Assembly: GCA_964016885.1 (NCBI GenBank)
Contig: OZ024765.1
Location: forward strand, 22,382,001 to 22,446,000
Direction of reading: 5' to 3'
DNA length: 64,000 nucleotides
From: Eledone cirrhosa
Taxonomy: Eukaryota
A program made the translations under genes and the position numbers. The notes under the pieces were generated by a model. The model had not been told where the DNA came from and did not search any database. It saw only the letters and a program-made list of their open reading frames with translations. How positions within the stretch are numbered: position 1 is the first letter of the stretch; every line of letters starts with the position of its first letter. Shown here piece after piece: positions 32,452 through 45,252 of the stretch.

Positions 32452-34143
32452 GAGAGGACAGAGACCAGTGACCAGTGGTCAACAGAGAGACAATCCATGA
32501 GGTGGGTGACAGGTAGATGATATATAATGTCTGAGAGGACAGAGACCAGTGACCAGTGGTCAACAGAGACAATCCATGAGGTGGGTGACAGGTAGATGAT
32601 ATATAATACCTGAGAGGACAGAGACCAGTGACCAGTGGTCAACAGAGAGACAATCCATGAAGTGGGTGACAGGTAGATGATATATAATGTCTGAGAGGAC
32701 AGAGACCAGTGACCAGTGGTCAGCAGAGAGACAATCCATGAGGTGGGTGACAGGCAGATGATATATAATGTCTGAGAGGACAGAGACCAGTGACCAGTGG
32801 TCAACAGAGAGACAATCCATGAGCTGAGTGACAGGTAGATGATATATAATGTCTGAGAGGACAGAGACCAGTGACCAGTGGTCAACAGAGAGGCAATCCA
32901 TGAGGTGGGTGACAGGTAGATGATATATAATGTCTGAGAGGACAGAGACCAGTGACCAGTGGTCAACAGAGAGACAATCCATGGGGTGGGTGACAGGTAG
33001 ATGATATATAATGTCTGAGAGGACAGAGACCAGTGACCAGTGGTCAACAGAGAGACAATCCATGGGGTGGGTGACAGGCAGATGATATATAATGTCTGAG
33101 AGGACAGAGACCAGTGACCAGTGGTCAGCAGAGAGACAATCCATGAGGTGGGTGACAGGCAGATGATATATAATGTCTGAGAGGACAGAGACCAGTGACC
33201 AGTGGTCAGCAGAGAGACAATCCATGAGGTGGGTGACAGGCAGATGATATATAATGTCTGAGAGGACAGAGACCAGTGACCAGTGGTCAGCAGAGAGACA
33301 ATCCATGAGGTGGGTGACAGGTAGATGATATATAATGTCTGAGAGGACAGAGACCAGTGACCAGTGGTCAACAGAGAGACAATCCATGAGCTGAGTGACA
33401 GGTAGATGATATATAATGTCTGAGAGGACAGAGACCAGTGACCAGTGGTCAACAGAGAGGCAATCCATGAGGTGGGTGACAGGTAGATGATATATAATGT
33501 CTGAGAGGACAGAGACCAGTGACCAGTGGTCAACAGAGAGACAATCCATGAGCTGAGTGACAGGTAGATGATATATAATGTCTGAGAGGACAGAGACCAG
33601 TGACCAGTGGTCAACAGAGAGGCAATCCATGAGGTGGGTGACAGGTAGATGATATATAATGTCTGAGAGGACAGAGACCAGTGACCAGTGGTCAACAGAG
33701 AGACAATCCATGGGGTGGGTGACAGGTAGATGATATATAATGTCTGAGAGGACAGAGACCAGTGACCAGTGGTCAACAGAGAGACAATCCATGGGGTGGG
33801 TGACAGGCAGATGATATATAATGTCTGAGAGGACAGAGACCAGTGACCAGTGGTCAGCAGAGAGACAATCCATGAGGTGGGTGACAGGCAGATGATATAT
33901 AATGTCTGAGAGGACAGAGACCAGTGACCAGTGGTCAGCAGAGAGACAATCCATGAGGTGGGTGACAGGCAGATGATATATAATGTCTGAGAGGACAGAG
34001 ACCAGTGACCAGTGGTCAGCAGAGAGACAATCCATGAGGTGGGTGACAGGCAGATGATATATAATGTCTGAGAGGACAGAGACCAGTGACCAGTGGTCAG
34101 CAGAGAGACAACCCATGGGGTGGGTGACAGGTAGATGATATAT
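32452..34143. repeat. 81-bp minisatellite (~21 copies)
   Basis: Unit GAGAGGACAGAGACCAGTGACCAGTGGTCAACAGAGAGACAATCCATGAGGTGGGTGACAGGTAGATGATATATAATGTCT; it explains the 27-aa periodic ORFs. Confidence 0.95.
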
Positions 34144-34151
34144 AGAAAAGA

Positions 34152-35416
34152 TTGTTATTGGTGGTGTTGATGGTGGTGGTGTTTGTGGTGGTGGTAGTGG
34201 TGGTGGTGATGGTGGTGTTGTTGGTGGTGGTTGTGGTGTTGATGGTGGTGGTGGTATTGGTGGTGATGGTGGTGGTGGTGGTGGTATTGGTGGTAGTGGT
34301 GGTGGTGATGGTGGTGTTGTTGTTGGTGGTTGTAGTGGTGGTCGTGGTGTTGGTTGTGGTAGTACTGGTGGTGATGGAGGTGTTGTTGTTGGCGGTGGTG
34401 GTGGTTGTGTTCTTGGTTGCGGTAGTGGTGGTGGTGTTGTTGGTTGTGGTAGTGGTGGTGGTGTTGTTGTTGGTAGTGGTGGTGGTGGTGGTGTTGTTGT
34501 TGGTAGTGGTGGTTATGTTGGTGGTGGTGGTGGTGTTGGTGGTGGTGGTGGTGGTCATGTTGTTGTTGTTGGTAGTGGTGGTGGTGATGGTGGTGTTGTT
34601 GTTGGTGGTTGTGGTGGTCGTGTTGTTGTTGTTGGTAGTGGTGGTGGTGATGGTGGTGTTGTTGTTGGTTGTTGTGTTGGTGGAGGTGGTGGTGTTGTTG
34701 GTGGTTGTGGTGGTGGTGGTGTTGTTGTTGGTGGTGTTGGTGGTGGTGGTGGTGGTGGTGGTGGTGTTGGTGGAGGTGGTGTTGTTGGTGGTGTTGGTGG
34801 AGGTGGTGGTGTTGTTGGTGGTTGAGGTGGTGGTGGTGGCGTTGGTGGTTTAGGTGGTGTTGTTGGTGGTGTTGGTGGAGGTGGTGGTGATGGTGGTGTT
34901 GTTGTTGGTGGTGTTGGTGGCGGTGGTGGTGGTGATGGTGGTGGTGTTGTTGTTGGTGGTGTTGGTGGAGGTTGTGGTGGAGGTGGTGGTGTTTGTTGGT
35001 GGTGTTGGTGGAGGTGGTGGTGTTGTTGTTGGTGGTCTTGGTGGTGGTGGTGGTGGTGTTGTTGTTGGTGGTGTTGGTGGAGGTGGTGGTGGTGTTGTTG
35101 TTGGTGGTGTTGGTGGAGGTGGTGGTGGTGTTGTTGTTGGTGGTGTTGGTGGAGGTGGTGGTGGTGTTGTTGTTGGTGGTGTTGGTGGAGGTGGTGGTGG
35201 TGTTGTTGGTGGTCTTGGTGGTGGTGGTGGTGGTGTTGTTGTTGGTGGTGTTGGTGGAGGTGGTGGTGTTGTTGTTGGTGGTCTTGGTGGTGGTGGTGGT
35301 GGTGTTGTTGTTGGTGGTGTTGGTGGAGGTGGTGGTGGTGTTGTTGTTGGTGGTGTTGGTGGAGGTGGTGGTGGTGTTGTTGTTGGTGGTGTTGGTGGAG
35401 GTGGTGGTGTTTGTTG
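34152..35416. repeat. (GGT)/(GTT) low-complexity tract grading into a ~30-bp repeat
   Basis: Direct inspection. Confidence 0.9.
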
Positions 35417-35778
35417 ATGGATGAAAACTAAATCTATTTCTAACTCGGTCTAGTGACTGACTGTCTGATGTATATCACAGCAAGTGAACAAGTAAATACT
35501 GAAGTGGAGAGGGTGTGAGGGCTACCAGCGAAAGTGGTTTCCTTCATAAAAATATGGCTTAAACACACACGCGCACACATATATAACATACACACAGACA
35601 TGCACACACACACAGACATATAGTCACACACAGCAAGTGAATAAGTAAAGACTGAAGTGCAGAGGGAGTGAGGGCTAGCAAATAAAGTGGCTTTCATCAT
35701 AAAAATATGGCTTAAAATCACTCCAGCAGTTTACAGGTAATTTACTATTCCAGAAATATGAACTTAAATATACGAAAT

Positions 35779-35836
<58 letters not shown>

Positions 35837-36096
35837 ATATAGACATAGACATACATATGTACTTACATATATATATATACATATACACATATATAAACAC
35901 ACACATATATATATATATATATATACACATACATATAGACATAGACATACATATGTACTTACATATATATATATATACATATACACATATATACACACTT
36001 ATATATATATATATATACATACATGCAGACATACATATGCATACACTTTCTTAGACATGCACATGTATGCACATAGATATCTACATATAAACACCC

Positions 36097-36134
<38 letters not shown>

Positions 36135-36413
36135 TCTCGTTACATTGTGTAATAAATATGCAAAAATGTATCTTTAAGATATGTATATGAATATATACAT
36201 ATCTTCATAAGTATATATACATATCTATATATATTTCTCTCTCTCTCTATATATATATATATATAGAGAGAGAGAGATATATATATATATAGATATATAT
36301 ATATGTGTGTAAACATATATATATAAATGCATATATATATATCTATGTGTAGACATATATATATAAACGCATATATATATATATATGTATGTGTGTAAAC
36401 ATATATATATAAA

Positions 36414-36466
<53 letters not shown>

Positions 36467-36482
36467 AAACATATATATATAA

Positions 36483-36522
<40 letters not shown>

Positions 36523-36539
36523 AAACATATATATATAAA

Positions 36540-36592
<53 letters not shown>

Positions 36593-36806
36593 AAACATAT
36601 ATATATAAATGCATATATATATATATATTATATATATATATGCGCACACATGTCAGTTGGAAATCAGTGAAATGTAAATAGCATCAATTTGGGAAGGTAT
36701 CAAGGTAGCCCCCCCCCCCCTCACACCTCCCTCTTTAATCAAGCCACTTAATGGTGTAGCCTTTATCTACAAGTAACTTACCCTTTGGTAATTTTCTAAT
36801 GGAACC

Positions 36807-36854
<48 letters not shown>

Positions 36855-36883
36855 GTATATATATATATATGTATATACATATA

Positions 36884-36939
<56 letters not shown>

Positions 36940-36954
36940 CATATATATATATAC

Positions 36955-36998
<44 letters not shown>

Positions 36999-36999
36999 A

Positions 37000-37315
<316 letters not shown>

Positions 37316-37598
37316 TATATATATATACATGGCTTAGTGGTTAGAACATTGGCCTTGCAATCGAAAGGTTGTGAGTTCAATTCTCAGACCGGGTGATGTG
37401 TTGCAAGCAGGGAAAAGTGAACGTAAAATGAAATGATGATGATGATGATGATATACATATATATATATATACATATATATATGTATATATATATACATAT
37501 ATATATGTATATATATATATACATATATATATGTATATATATATACATATATACATATATATATGTATATATATATATGTATATATATATATATGTAC

Positions 37599-37632
<34 letters not shown>

Positions 37633-37911
37633 ATACATATATATACATATATATGTATATATATATATATTTATATATACATATATATATACATATATAT
37701 ATATGTATATATATATATGTATTTATGTATATATATGTATATACATATATATACATATATATGTATATATATATATATTTATATATATATACATATATAT
37801 ATACATATATATATATGTATATATATATATGTATTTATGTATATATATGTATATATATATGTATATATATATATGTATTTATGTATATATATGTATATAT
37901 ATATGTATATA

Positions 37912-37942
<31 letters not shown>

Positions 37943-38064
37943 GAATATATATGTATATATATCCATATATATATAGAACCATATGTATTTATATATATAT
38001 ATATATATATATGGAACCATATGTATATATATATACATATATATACATATGTATATATATATAC

Positions 38065-38145
<81 letters not shown>

Positions 38146-38146
<1 letters not shown>

Positions 38147-38859
38147 TAGCAGTGGTACCCAGCATTGCACGGGATAAGGTACTTGGGAACGCGGGCCGCC
38201 AACAGACCTAATCGTGAAAAAACTGCATGCCTGGACAATATGTAAAGAAAATAATCTAAGATTTTCCTCGATGAAGCTTGAAAAATAATACAGGTTTTCA
38301 CATTATGGGGGATCAAGAAAATGAATTTTTTTATGTGCATATTATGCCTTGAAAGTTCGAGAAAATTGGCTAGACGTAACGCCTCAAAAAAGCCCTAAAA
38401 ATCTTAAAAAACGCATTTTTTTCACCTCATGCGGGCCCTAGGAGATAAAAAAGTTTTATGACCATAACACTCCTTGAAACATAAGTAATACAGATGTAAA
38501 GTTTAAAAAATATCAGTTGGGTACTTCTTGAGTTTTAGAGATTCAAACTAACAGACACACACACACAGACAGACATGCTCAGGGAAGTGATGTAATGCAG
38601 ACAGATATTATAAGGGCGCGACGTTATATGTATCTATCTAAAAAGAGAAAGACTAAGAATTATAGAGAAAGATTGCTAAATCGCCTAATGCTGTCCCTAG
38701 GGCATTGAAAATTCTAAATTTTTTTTTGCTCAGAACACTTCCTGAAACATAAGTATTACATGTGTAAAGTTTGAAAACAGTCGGTTGGGTGTTTTTTTAG
38801 TTTTAGGGATTCAAACTCACACACACACAGACAGACATCCTCATATTTATATATATAGA
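38146..38859 (-). mobile_element. Non-autonomous Helitron, same family as 29488-30265
   Basis: Same CTAG/hairpin 3' end (ctagcagtggtaccc.gc.ttgcacgggataagg) and a TC 5' end (A|TCTATATATATAAATATG). Confidence 0.8.
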
Positions 38860-39092
38860 TATATGCATATGTATATATATATGGAACCATATGTATATAT
38901 ATATATATGGAACCATATATATATATATATATGCATATGTATATATATATATATATATACGCATATGTATATATATATATATACGCATATGTATATATAT
39001 ATATATATATACATATGTATATATATATATATATATATGCATATGTATATATATATATATATATATACATATGTATATATATATATATATGC

Positions 39093-39231
<139 letters not shown>

Positions 39232-39265
39232 TATATATATATATATATGCATATATATATATATA

Positions 39266-39303
<38 letters not shown>

Positions 39304-39319
39304 TATGTATATATATATA

Positions 39320-39719
39320 TTAAAGAGTTAAACAAGATTCAATGAGTATATCAAAGAATGAGTTTTACAGTAGATTGGAAGCACCCTACAGAAAAATATT
39401 CTCCGGAGTTATTAATATTAAAATACAAATATTAATAAAATAGATGTTCTTTTGATCAATTACATTTTATTATACATATTTCGGATGTACAACAGTACGT
39501 CCTCATCAGACAAAATATGATACATGACATACCCTGAGATGTTAAATGGTTAAGATTTAATCAAGGTAGTCTACCTTGATTAAATCTTAACCATTTAACA
39601 TCTCACGGTACGTCATGTATCATTATATTTTCTCTGATGAGGACGTACTGTTGTACATCCGAAATATGTATAATAAAATGTAATTGATCAAAAGAACATC
39701 TATTTTATTAATATTTGTA

Positions 39720-39728
<9 letters not shown>
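39320..39728. mobile_element. Hammerhead palindrome element 4; inverted repeat 39415-39728 with 1-nt loop at 39570
   Basis: Centre reads ...tcaaggtag-t-ctaccttga...; (TA)n flanks on both sides. Confidence 0.88.
39625..39681 (+). ncRNA. Minimal type-I hammerhead ribozyme (mirror copy 39462-39518 on -)
   Basis: atattttct-CTGATGA-ggacgtac tgtt gtacatcc-GAAA-tatgta-TA-ataaaatgt. Confidence 0.85.
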
Positions 39729-39766
<38 letters not shown>

Positions 39767-40032
39767 TAAAACATGTCTATAGAATCACCAGATAAAATAT
39801 ATACCATTTCCTCTCCCAATTAGCATAATTAACTATATAAAAAATCGAATAGACCAGGCTATAAGAATAAGGCTTCTATGAAGAAATCTCCAACAAATAA
39901 CCGAAACTAACCCTTCGCGTCGGCCGCAACGGAATATTTATCGAATATTTCGACAGCGTAATCGCCCAGATACAGTCAATTAAACAGAATTAGGTGTAAA
40001 ATAAACTAGGAGAAAATAGAATACATTTAAAT

Positions 40033-40108
40033 ACCTCTACCATGGTTTCGTCCGCATTTTGAGATTTCCAATAATTATGTAACTCGAGCATCGGACTCTT
40101 CAGGAGAT
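40033..40108 (-). ncRNA. Single minimal type-I hammerhead ribozyme
   Basis: Reverse strand reads atctc-CTGAAGA-gtccg...cggac-GAAA-ccatgg-TA-gaggt, with palindromic CCATGG in stem-loop III and a GUA triplet. Confidence 0.85.
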
Positions 40109-40236
40109 TTGCTCTGATCCAGACACTAAATTTTCCAAAGTGATCGCGCCAAGAATTCATTCAAAATGGCTAAGAATCGTGACGTAGCAGCGGTCAGGTT
40201 GGAAAGGGTGTGGTAGTTGCTTATATATATATATAT

Positions 40237-40368
40237 GAGGGAAGCAGAGGATAGAAAATTCAAGCATGTTTTGCAACGTGAGGACCAGAAACAGGAGGTG
40301 TTAAAGATTGCGAGGCAGTGTGTCAGAGAGAATTGTGATGTCATTCGAGAGAAGTGTATCCGGAATGA
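40237..40368 (+). mobile_element. Small RTE LINE internal fragment
   Basis: [44 protein letters not shown] resembles the RTE EN-RT linker and is flanked by (TA)n. Confidence 0.5.
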
Positions 40369-40387
40369 TATATGTATATATATATAT

Positions 40388-40478
<91 letters not shown>

Positions 40479-40518
40479 TATGTATATATATATATATATA
40501 TTTATATATTCATATATA

Positions 40519-40574
<56 letters not shown>

Positions 40575-40601
40575 CATATGTATATATATATATATGTATG
40601 C

Positions 40602-40658
<57 letters not shown>

Positions 40659-40659
40659 C

Positions 40660-40710
<51 letters not shown>

Positions 40711-41776
40711 ATCAAAAGATGGTTAAAAGAGTTCCATGTATTTTATTATGCGCATTTCAAAAACAAATATCATCATGCAATAACATTTGCGTTTTCGTCA
40801 GATAAAATAGGAAGACATGATATGAAGGTTAAAACACACTTGTGAATAGTGCAGTTTTAAATCAACATATTTGTTATGTATTTTTGCTTCAGCTTGATCA
40901 TGCATTAACCCCGCTTTGTTTGTGTTTGGCTTGTATTGATGTGGTGCCTGTCTATGTACAAGTATAGCACCAATGCTCCACGTAATTCCGTAACCTACTA
41001 GTATACCCTGATAATGTATACTATGGGCAGGAATAAAATCCCCTTTGGACTTTCTGAAGGTACCTTAGGAGCCTCTTAGTATTTCTATAACTCTAAGTTA
41101 TGGAGAACTAAATCACCTGTTATATAGAGTGACCAACGCATAGCTTCCTCTGGCTTTTGTGTGCTTTAATTATTAATTTATCTTTTTATATCATTATTTT
41201 CCTTGTAATTGCTGGCCTTGTGCCTAAAGTAGAAACAATTATTTTCCTTTTAATTTATTATTATATGTTTTAACTATCGTTATATGCTTTATATGTTTCT
41301 GTGTGCCCTCACATGCTTTCGCCTCTTGTGAAAAATCTGCCTGTACCCTCGGATGTAGCTGTAATGTTGAATAACAACCCCATTATGCATTCTCTCCATA
41401 CTCCCCATTTCCGATCTCCCTCTTGTTATCCTCTAATGTATTTCTAATGTTCATGTGACTAAGCTTGGTAGAGCTTATACTCAGCACTGTATTTTTGTTT
41501 ATAAAGCTCTGATGATTCCTGCCCCATGGTATAGATGAAACATTGTCAGCAAATAAAAATTGTATAAGCGTTCTTTGATTCCTTTTACATATATATATAT
41601 GCATATATATATATGCATATGTATGTATATGCATATGTATATATATATATATATATGCATATGTATGTATATATATATATATATACATATATATGCATAT
41701 ATATACATATATACATATATATACATATATATATGCATATGTATGTATATATATATATATGCATATATATATATAA

Positions 41777-42228
41777 GACAATGTCACTGGACCGAGATCT
41801 TTGGTGCTACACAGTTATACAGAAGACCCGCCTTGCCTAAGTACAAAGCGAAACCTACAGTCAGCAGGCACCTCTAACAAAAATACACCCCCGTCCCACT
41901 ACCCCCACCCCATCCACACCACACCCTTAAATGTGAAGTTATGTTGGTACCACAACATCCAGTCCGAAACAAATGAGGTCGTGTAGGTGTCACGACAAAA
42001 AAAACACACAGTCCACGCTGTAATGTGGCCATCTAGGTAACACGGTAAAAACCTCCCAGTCCCACACTGTAAATGTGGTTGGTGTTAGGAAGGGCATCCA
42101 GCTGTAGAAAACCCACCAGACAGTCCTATGCGAGCAGTACAACCAATCTTGCCTCAAGTGGGAAAACTCCCGTCCAAACCCATGCAAGCGTGGAAGATGG
42201 ACGTTAAACTATGATGATGATGATGATA
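41777..42228 (+). mobile_element. Extreme 3' end of an RTE LINE plus SINE-shared tail
   Basis: [19 protein letters not shown] resembles the C-terminus of the 60532-61461 ORF (MTHDRDFWRHAVIQGTRPP); ends in (GAT)n. Confidence 0.65.
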
Positions 42229-42229
42229 C

Positions 42230-42280
<51 letters not shown>

Positions 42281-42283
<3 letters not shown>

Positions 42284-42564
42284 AAAGTTATATTTAAATT
42301 GTTGGGTTACAACTAGTAAATATTTATAACTGATATAAAAGCACTCAACAAGTATTTGGAGTATAATTACGATATTAAATAAATGGAAACTATATTTATA
42401 AAACCATATTTATTTCATTATATATATTTCAGGGATATCATATTAACAATATGTTATGCCTTCTTCAGACAAAATACAATATAGACAGTTTTATAGATAA
42501 ATAGATTTGACATACCGTTCAACATCGACCTGTATTTGAAAAATCAACTGCCAAATCAACTTTG
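42281..42564 (-). mobile_element. Single (non-palindromic) family B element with hammerhead at 42411-42476
   Basis: Highly similar to 3403-3670. Reverse strand reads tattttgt-CTGAAGA-agg..cct-GAAA-tatata-TA-atgaaata. Confidence 0.85.
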
Positions 42565-42576
42565 TGTGTATATATG

Positions 42577-42641
<65 letters not shown>

Positions 42642-42924
42642 CTATATGTATATATATATATATGTATGTATATATATATATGTATATATATGTATATATA
42701 TATGTATATATATGTATATATATATGTATGTATATATGTATATATATGTATATATATATGTATATATATGTATATATATATATATGTATATATATGTATA
42801 TATATATGTATGTATATATGTATATATATATGTATGTATATATGTATATATATGTATATATATATGTATATATATGTATATATATATATGTATATATATG
42901 TATATATATATGTATATATATATG

Positions 42925-42959
<35 letters not shown>

Positions 42960-42966
42960 GTATATA

Positions 42967-43015
<49 letters not shown>

Positions 43016-43016
43016 G

Positions 43017-43047
<31 letters not shown>

Positions 43048-43326
43048 GTATATATGTATATATATAACGGCGATGAATTAGTTTTGCGAGGTTTTTGATA
43101 TGAAATCGTGTATCGAAACAAATATTGTTATACTTGGGGAGGGTCATATTTGTGTAATATTGCCAGAATTAATAACAGAACACACTCACTGTTTGGTTGG
43201 TTTTAGCTTTTCGCTTCTGTGTCTTTTATATCGGTAATCTAATTTATTCGGTCCTCAATGTTGCCATTGACTGACCAACGGTCAAAAATACAGATATAAT
43301 ATAGACACAAACACATATATATAGTT

Positions 43327-43370
43327 TATCAAAGTTCTTTCGTTGCACATCTGCAACATCGTCAGTGGTG
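43327..43370 (-). ncRNA. Hammerhead-like motif in the 3' pseudo-LTR of the Penelope-like element
   Basis: cca-CTGACGA-t-gttgca gatg tgcaac-GAAA-gaac-TT-tgata lies ~260 nt downstream of the PLE stop codon and abuts a TA run. Stem I is weak. Confidence 0.65.
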
Positions 43371-43630
43371 CTATTGTTTCCTCCCGTTACATTGTATTTT
43401 CTACGCCATCTTTATTTAGTCTGTTTATATATTTATTTATTTGTTTATTTTATCTTGTCTTCTTTGCGCATGCGTTTGCGTGTGTGTATAGTGTTTTGTT
43501 TGATGTGTGTTCGTGATTGGGTGACTGTGTATTGGTTAATGTATTCTATCTTTACTAGTGTGTGTTTATATGTGTTTGTTGTTATTGTGCTTGTGTATGT
43601 ATTTATTTATTTATTTATCTATTTATTTAT

Positions 43631-45247
43631 TTATACTTCTCTTAGGTCAGTGTTGTTTGTTTGGGTGTTGTTGTTATTCCATTCATTCTTTCTATTTAGC
43701 CTTGGCCTTCTAAGTTCTATTTCACTGGTCTCTCTGATTTGCCTATCTGCTGGGTCATTTCTATGTTTAGATATTATTCTAATTTCTATGTTGTCTATGT
43801 TACCGTCGTGTTGTTGTCTGGCATGTTCGTATAGTACTGAACCGTTTTTTCGTCCTTTTAGTTCCCCCCAGTGTTGGTCTATCCTTTCACCTATGCTACG
43901 AGCTGTCTCGCCTATGTATGTTGTTGTCATGTTTCTGCAAGTACCCTCTGTACATCTTATGCTATAGACTACGTTTCTAGTTTTACAGTTTATCCGGAGG
44001 TTTACCTTACATATGATACATTTCCTATTAGTACAGTGGGTTTTCTTAAAAGGGTAGGTTTTGCTGATCAGGGATTTTATGGTGGTTCCTGGCTTTTCTA
44101 CCACCTTAATCTTTAAGTGGGTCTTTCTCAGGGCCTTTCTACACTGGTTAGCTAATTTCCCTCCAGGGGTAGCGTCCACAAACATGACACTCTGGTATCT
44201 CTGGTTGTCGTACCATGAGGTGGCTTTCCCTATATTATGTCTAGCCCTATCTAAGCTATTCCATGATTTGCTCCTGTATAATGGGCAAATTCCTTTTATG
44301 TCCAGTTCTATGAGGGTCTTATACTTCTCCATGGCTCCTTCATATACTCTGACTCTGTCTCTTTGGTTGTAGCCAGAGAACTGCATGCGGTTGATGAAGT
44401 GTTGGATGTGTCTTTCCATTTCTGTTGGGTCGCACATGCGGGACACGTTCTTCATTACTCGTACCAAGTCTGCGATCAGAATATTAAACTTAGCACTACT
44501 GGACATTGCTGAGTTTTTGAGTATCAGGTATTTGGAGGCCATGGGTTTAGCATAGTGTGAGTGGAGAATTTGGGCTCTTTCGTCTATAGTGTTAATCCAG
44601 AGTTCCGTGTCTAATACAGGTAGTCTATTGTTAGGGTGTTTGAAAGGGTAGTCGATAGTTACAGTTATACTCTGGTGTATGGAATTAGCTATCTGCTGGA
44701 TGCTTTCCATTGTGCTACGTTCTAAATCAAACTTGTTATTGCTCTCTAGTGGGGATGTTCTTATAACTATATTGATATCGTCTACGTAACGAGAGTACAT
44801 GATGAGGTCTATGGAGCTTTCATTAAGGAGATCTTTAAGTCTCCTTTCCCACCATACCAGAAAAAGGTTGGCAACATCACCAGCTATGCTGACGCCAATG
44901 GCTGCTCCCTCATTTTGGGTGTAGATCTTCTCGTTGAACTTGAATATGTGGCCCTTTAGGGTAGTTTTGATACTAGCCCCTATTGCATGTGCGACCATTT
45001 TTCTTACCTGATCATTGTTTTGGGGGGTCCGTATAGCTTTGGACCACCCAATCCACCTTCCCATGGGAGTCTTTTTAGTCATTGAGGTTATGGTGGGGGG
45101 TCTACCTCTTATGGGTCTACTGGGGCAGAAACGTCTAAGGTCATGGCTGTCTAGGTAGTCAGTGTCGTAGGTAAGTCTAAGTAGGAGGCCCAGTTCGTCT
45201 GTGTCGACGTCGCAGAACTCCACCTCACTCTCAATGATCATCTCCAC
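43631..45247 (-). CDS. Penelope-like retroelement polyprotein (RT + Cys-rich linker + GIY-YIG endonuclease), 5'-truncated
   Basis: RT motifs IYTQNEGAAIG, YSRYVDD, LPVLD and HYAKPMAS; linker HCTNRKCIIC...C; GIY-YIG NVVYSIRC...YIGET.R....R...H...EH...E...LN. The 538 codons are uninterrupted and the start is lost at the satellite junction. Confidence 0.93.
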   Translation of the reverse strand: MEMIIESEVEFCDVDTDELGLLLRLTYDTDYLDSHDLRRFCPSRPIRGRPPTITSMTKKTPMGRWIGWSKAIRTPQNNDQVRKMVAHAIGASIKTTLKGHIFKFNEKIYTQNEGAAIGVSIAGDVANLFLVWWERRLKDLLNESSIDLIMYSRYVDDINIVIRTSPLESNNKFDLERSTMESIQQIANSIHQSITVTIDYPFKHPNNRLPVLDTELWINTIDERAQILHSHYAKPMASKYLILKNSAMSSSAKFNILIADLVRVMKNVSRMCDPTEMERHIQHFINRMQFSGYNQRDRVRVYEGAMEKYKTLIELDIKGICPLYRSKSWNSLDRARHNIGKATSWYDNQRYQSVMFVDATPGGKLANQCRKALRKTHLKIKVVEKPGTTIKSLISKTYPFKKTHCTNRKCIICKVNLRINCKTRNVVYSIRCTEGTCRNMTTTYIGETARSIGERIDQHWGELKGRKNGSVLYEHARQQHDGNIDNIEIRIISKHRNDPADRQIRETSEIELRRPRLNRKNEWNNNNTQTNNTDLREV

Positions 45248-45252
45248 ACATT

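Noticed and set aside
32424-34116. 450-aa and 518-aa repeat ORFs on the minus strand
   Set aside because: They are open only because the 81-bp unit is a multiple of three and lacks stops in those frames; no recognisable domain.
43066-43310. Possible further degenerate hammerhead element between TA tracts
   Set aside because: GAAACAAATATTGTT and CTGACCAA are present, but not in an order or pairing that makes a valid core.
43365-44372. Plus-strand ORFs (200, 81 and 103 aa), and minus-strand ORFs over 60510-61331
   Set aside because: Antisense shadows of the PLE and RTE ORFs.
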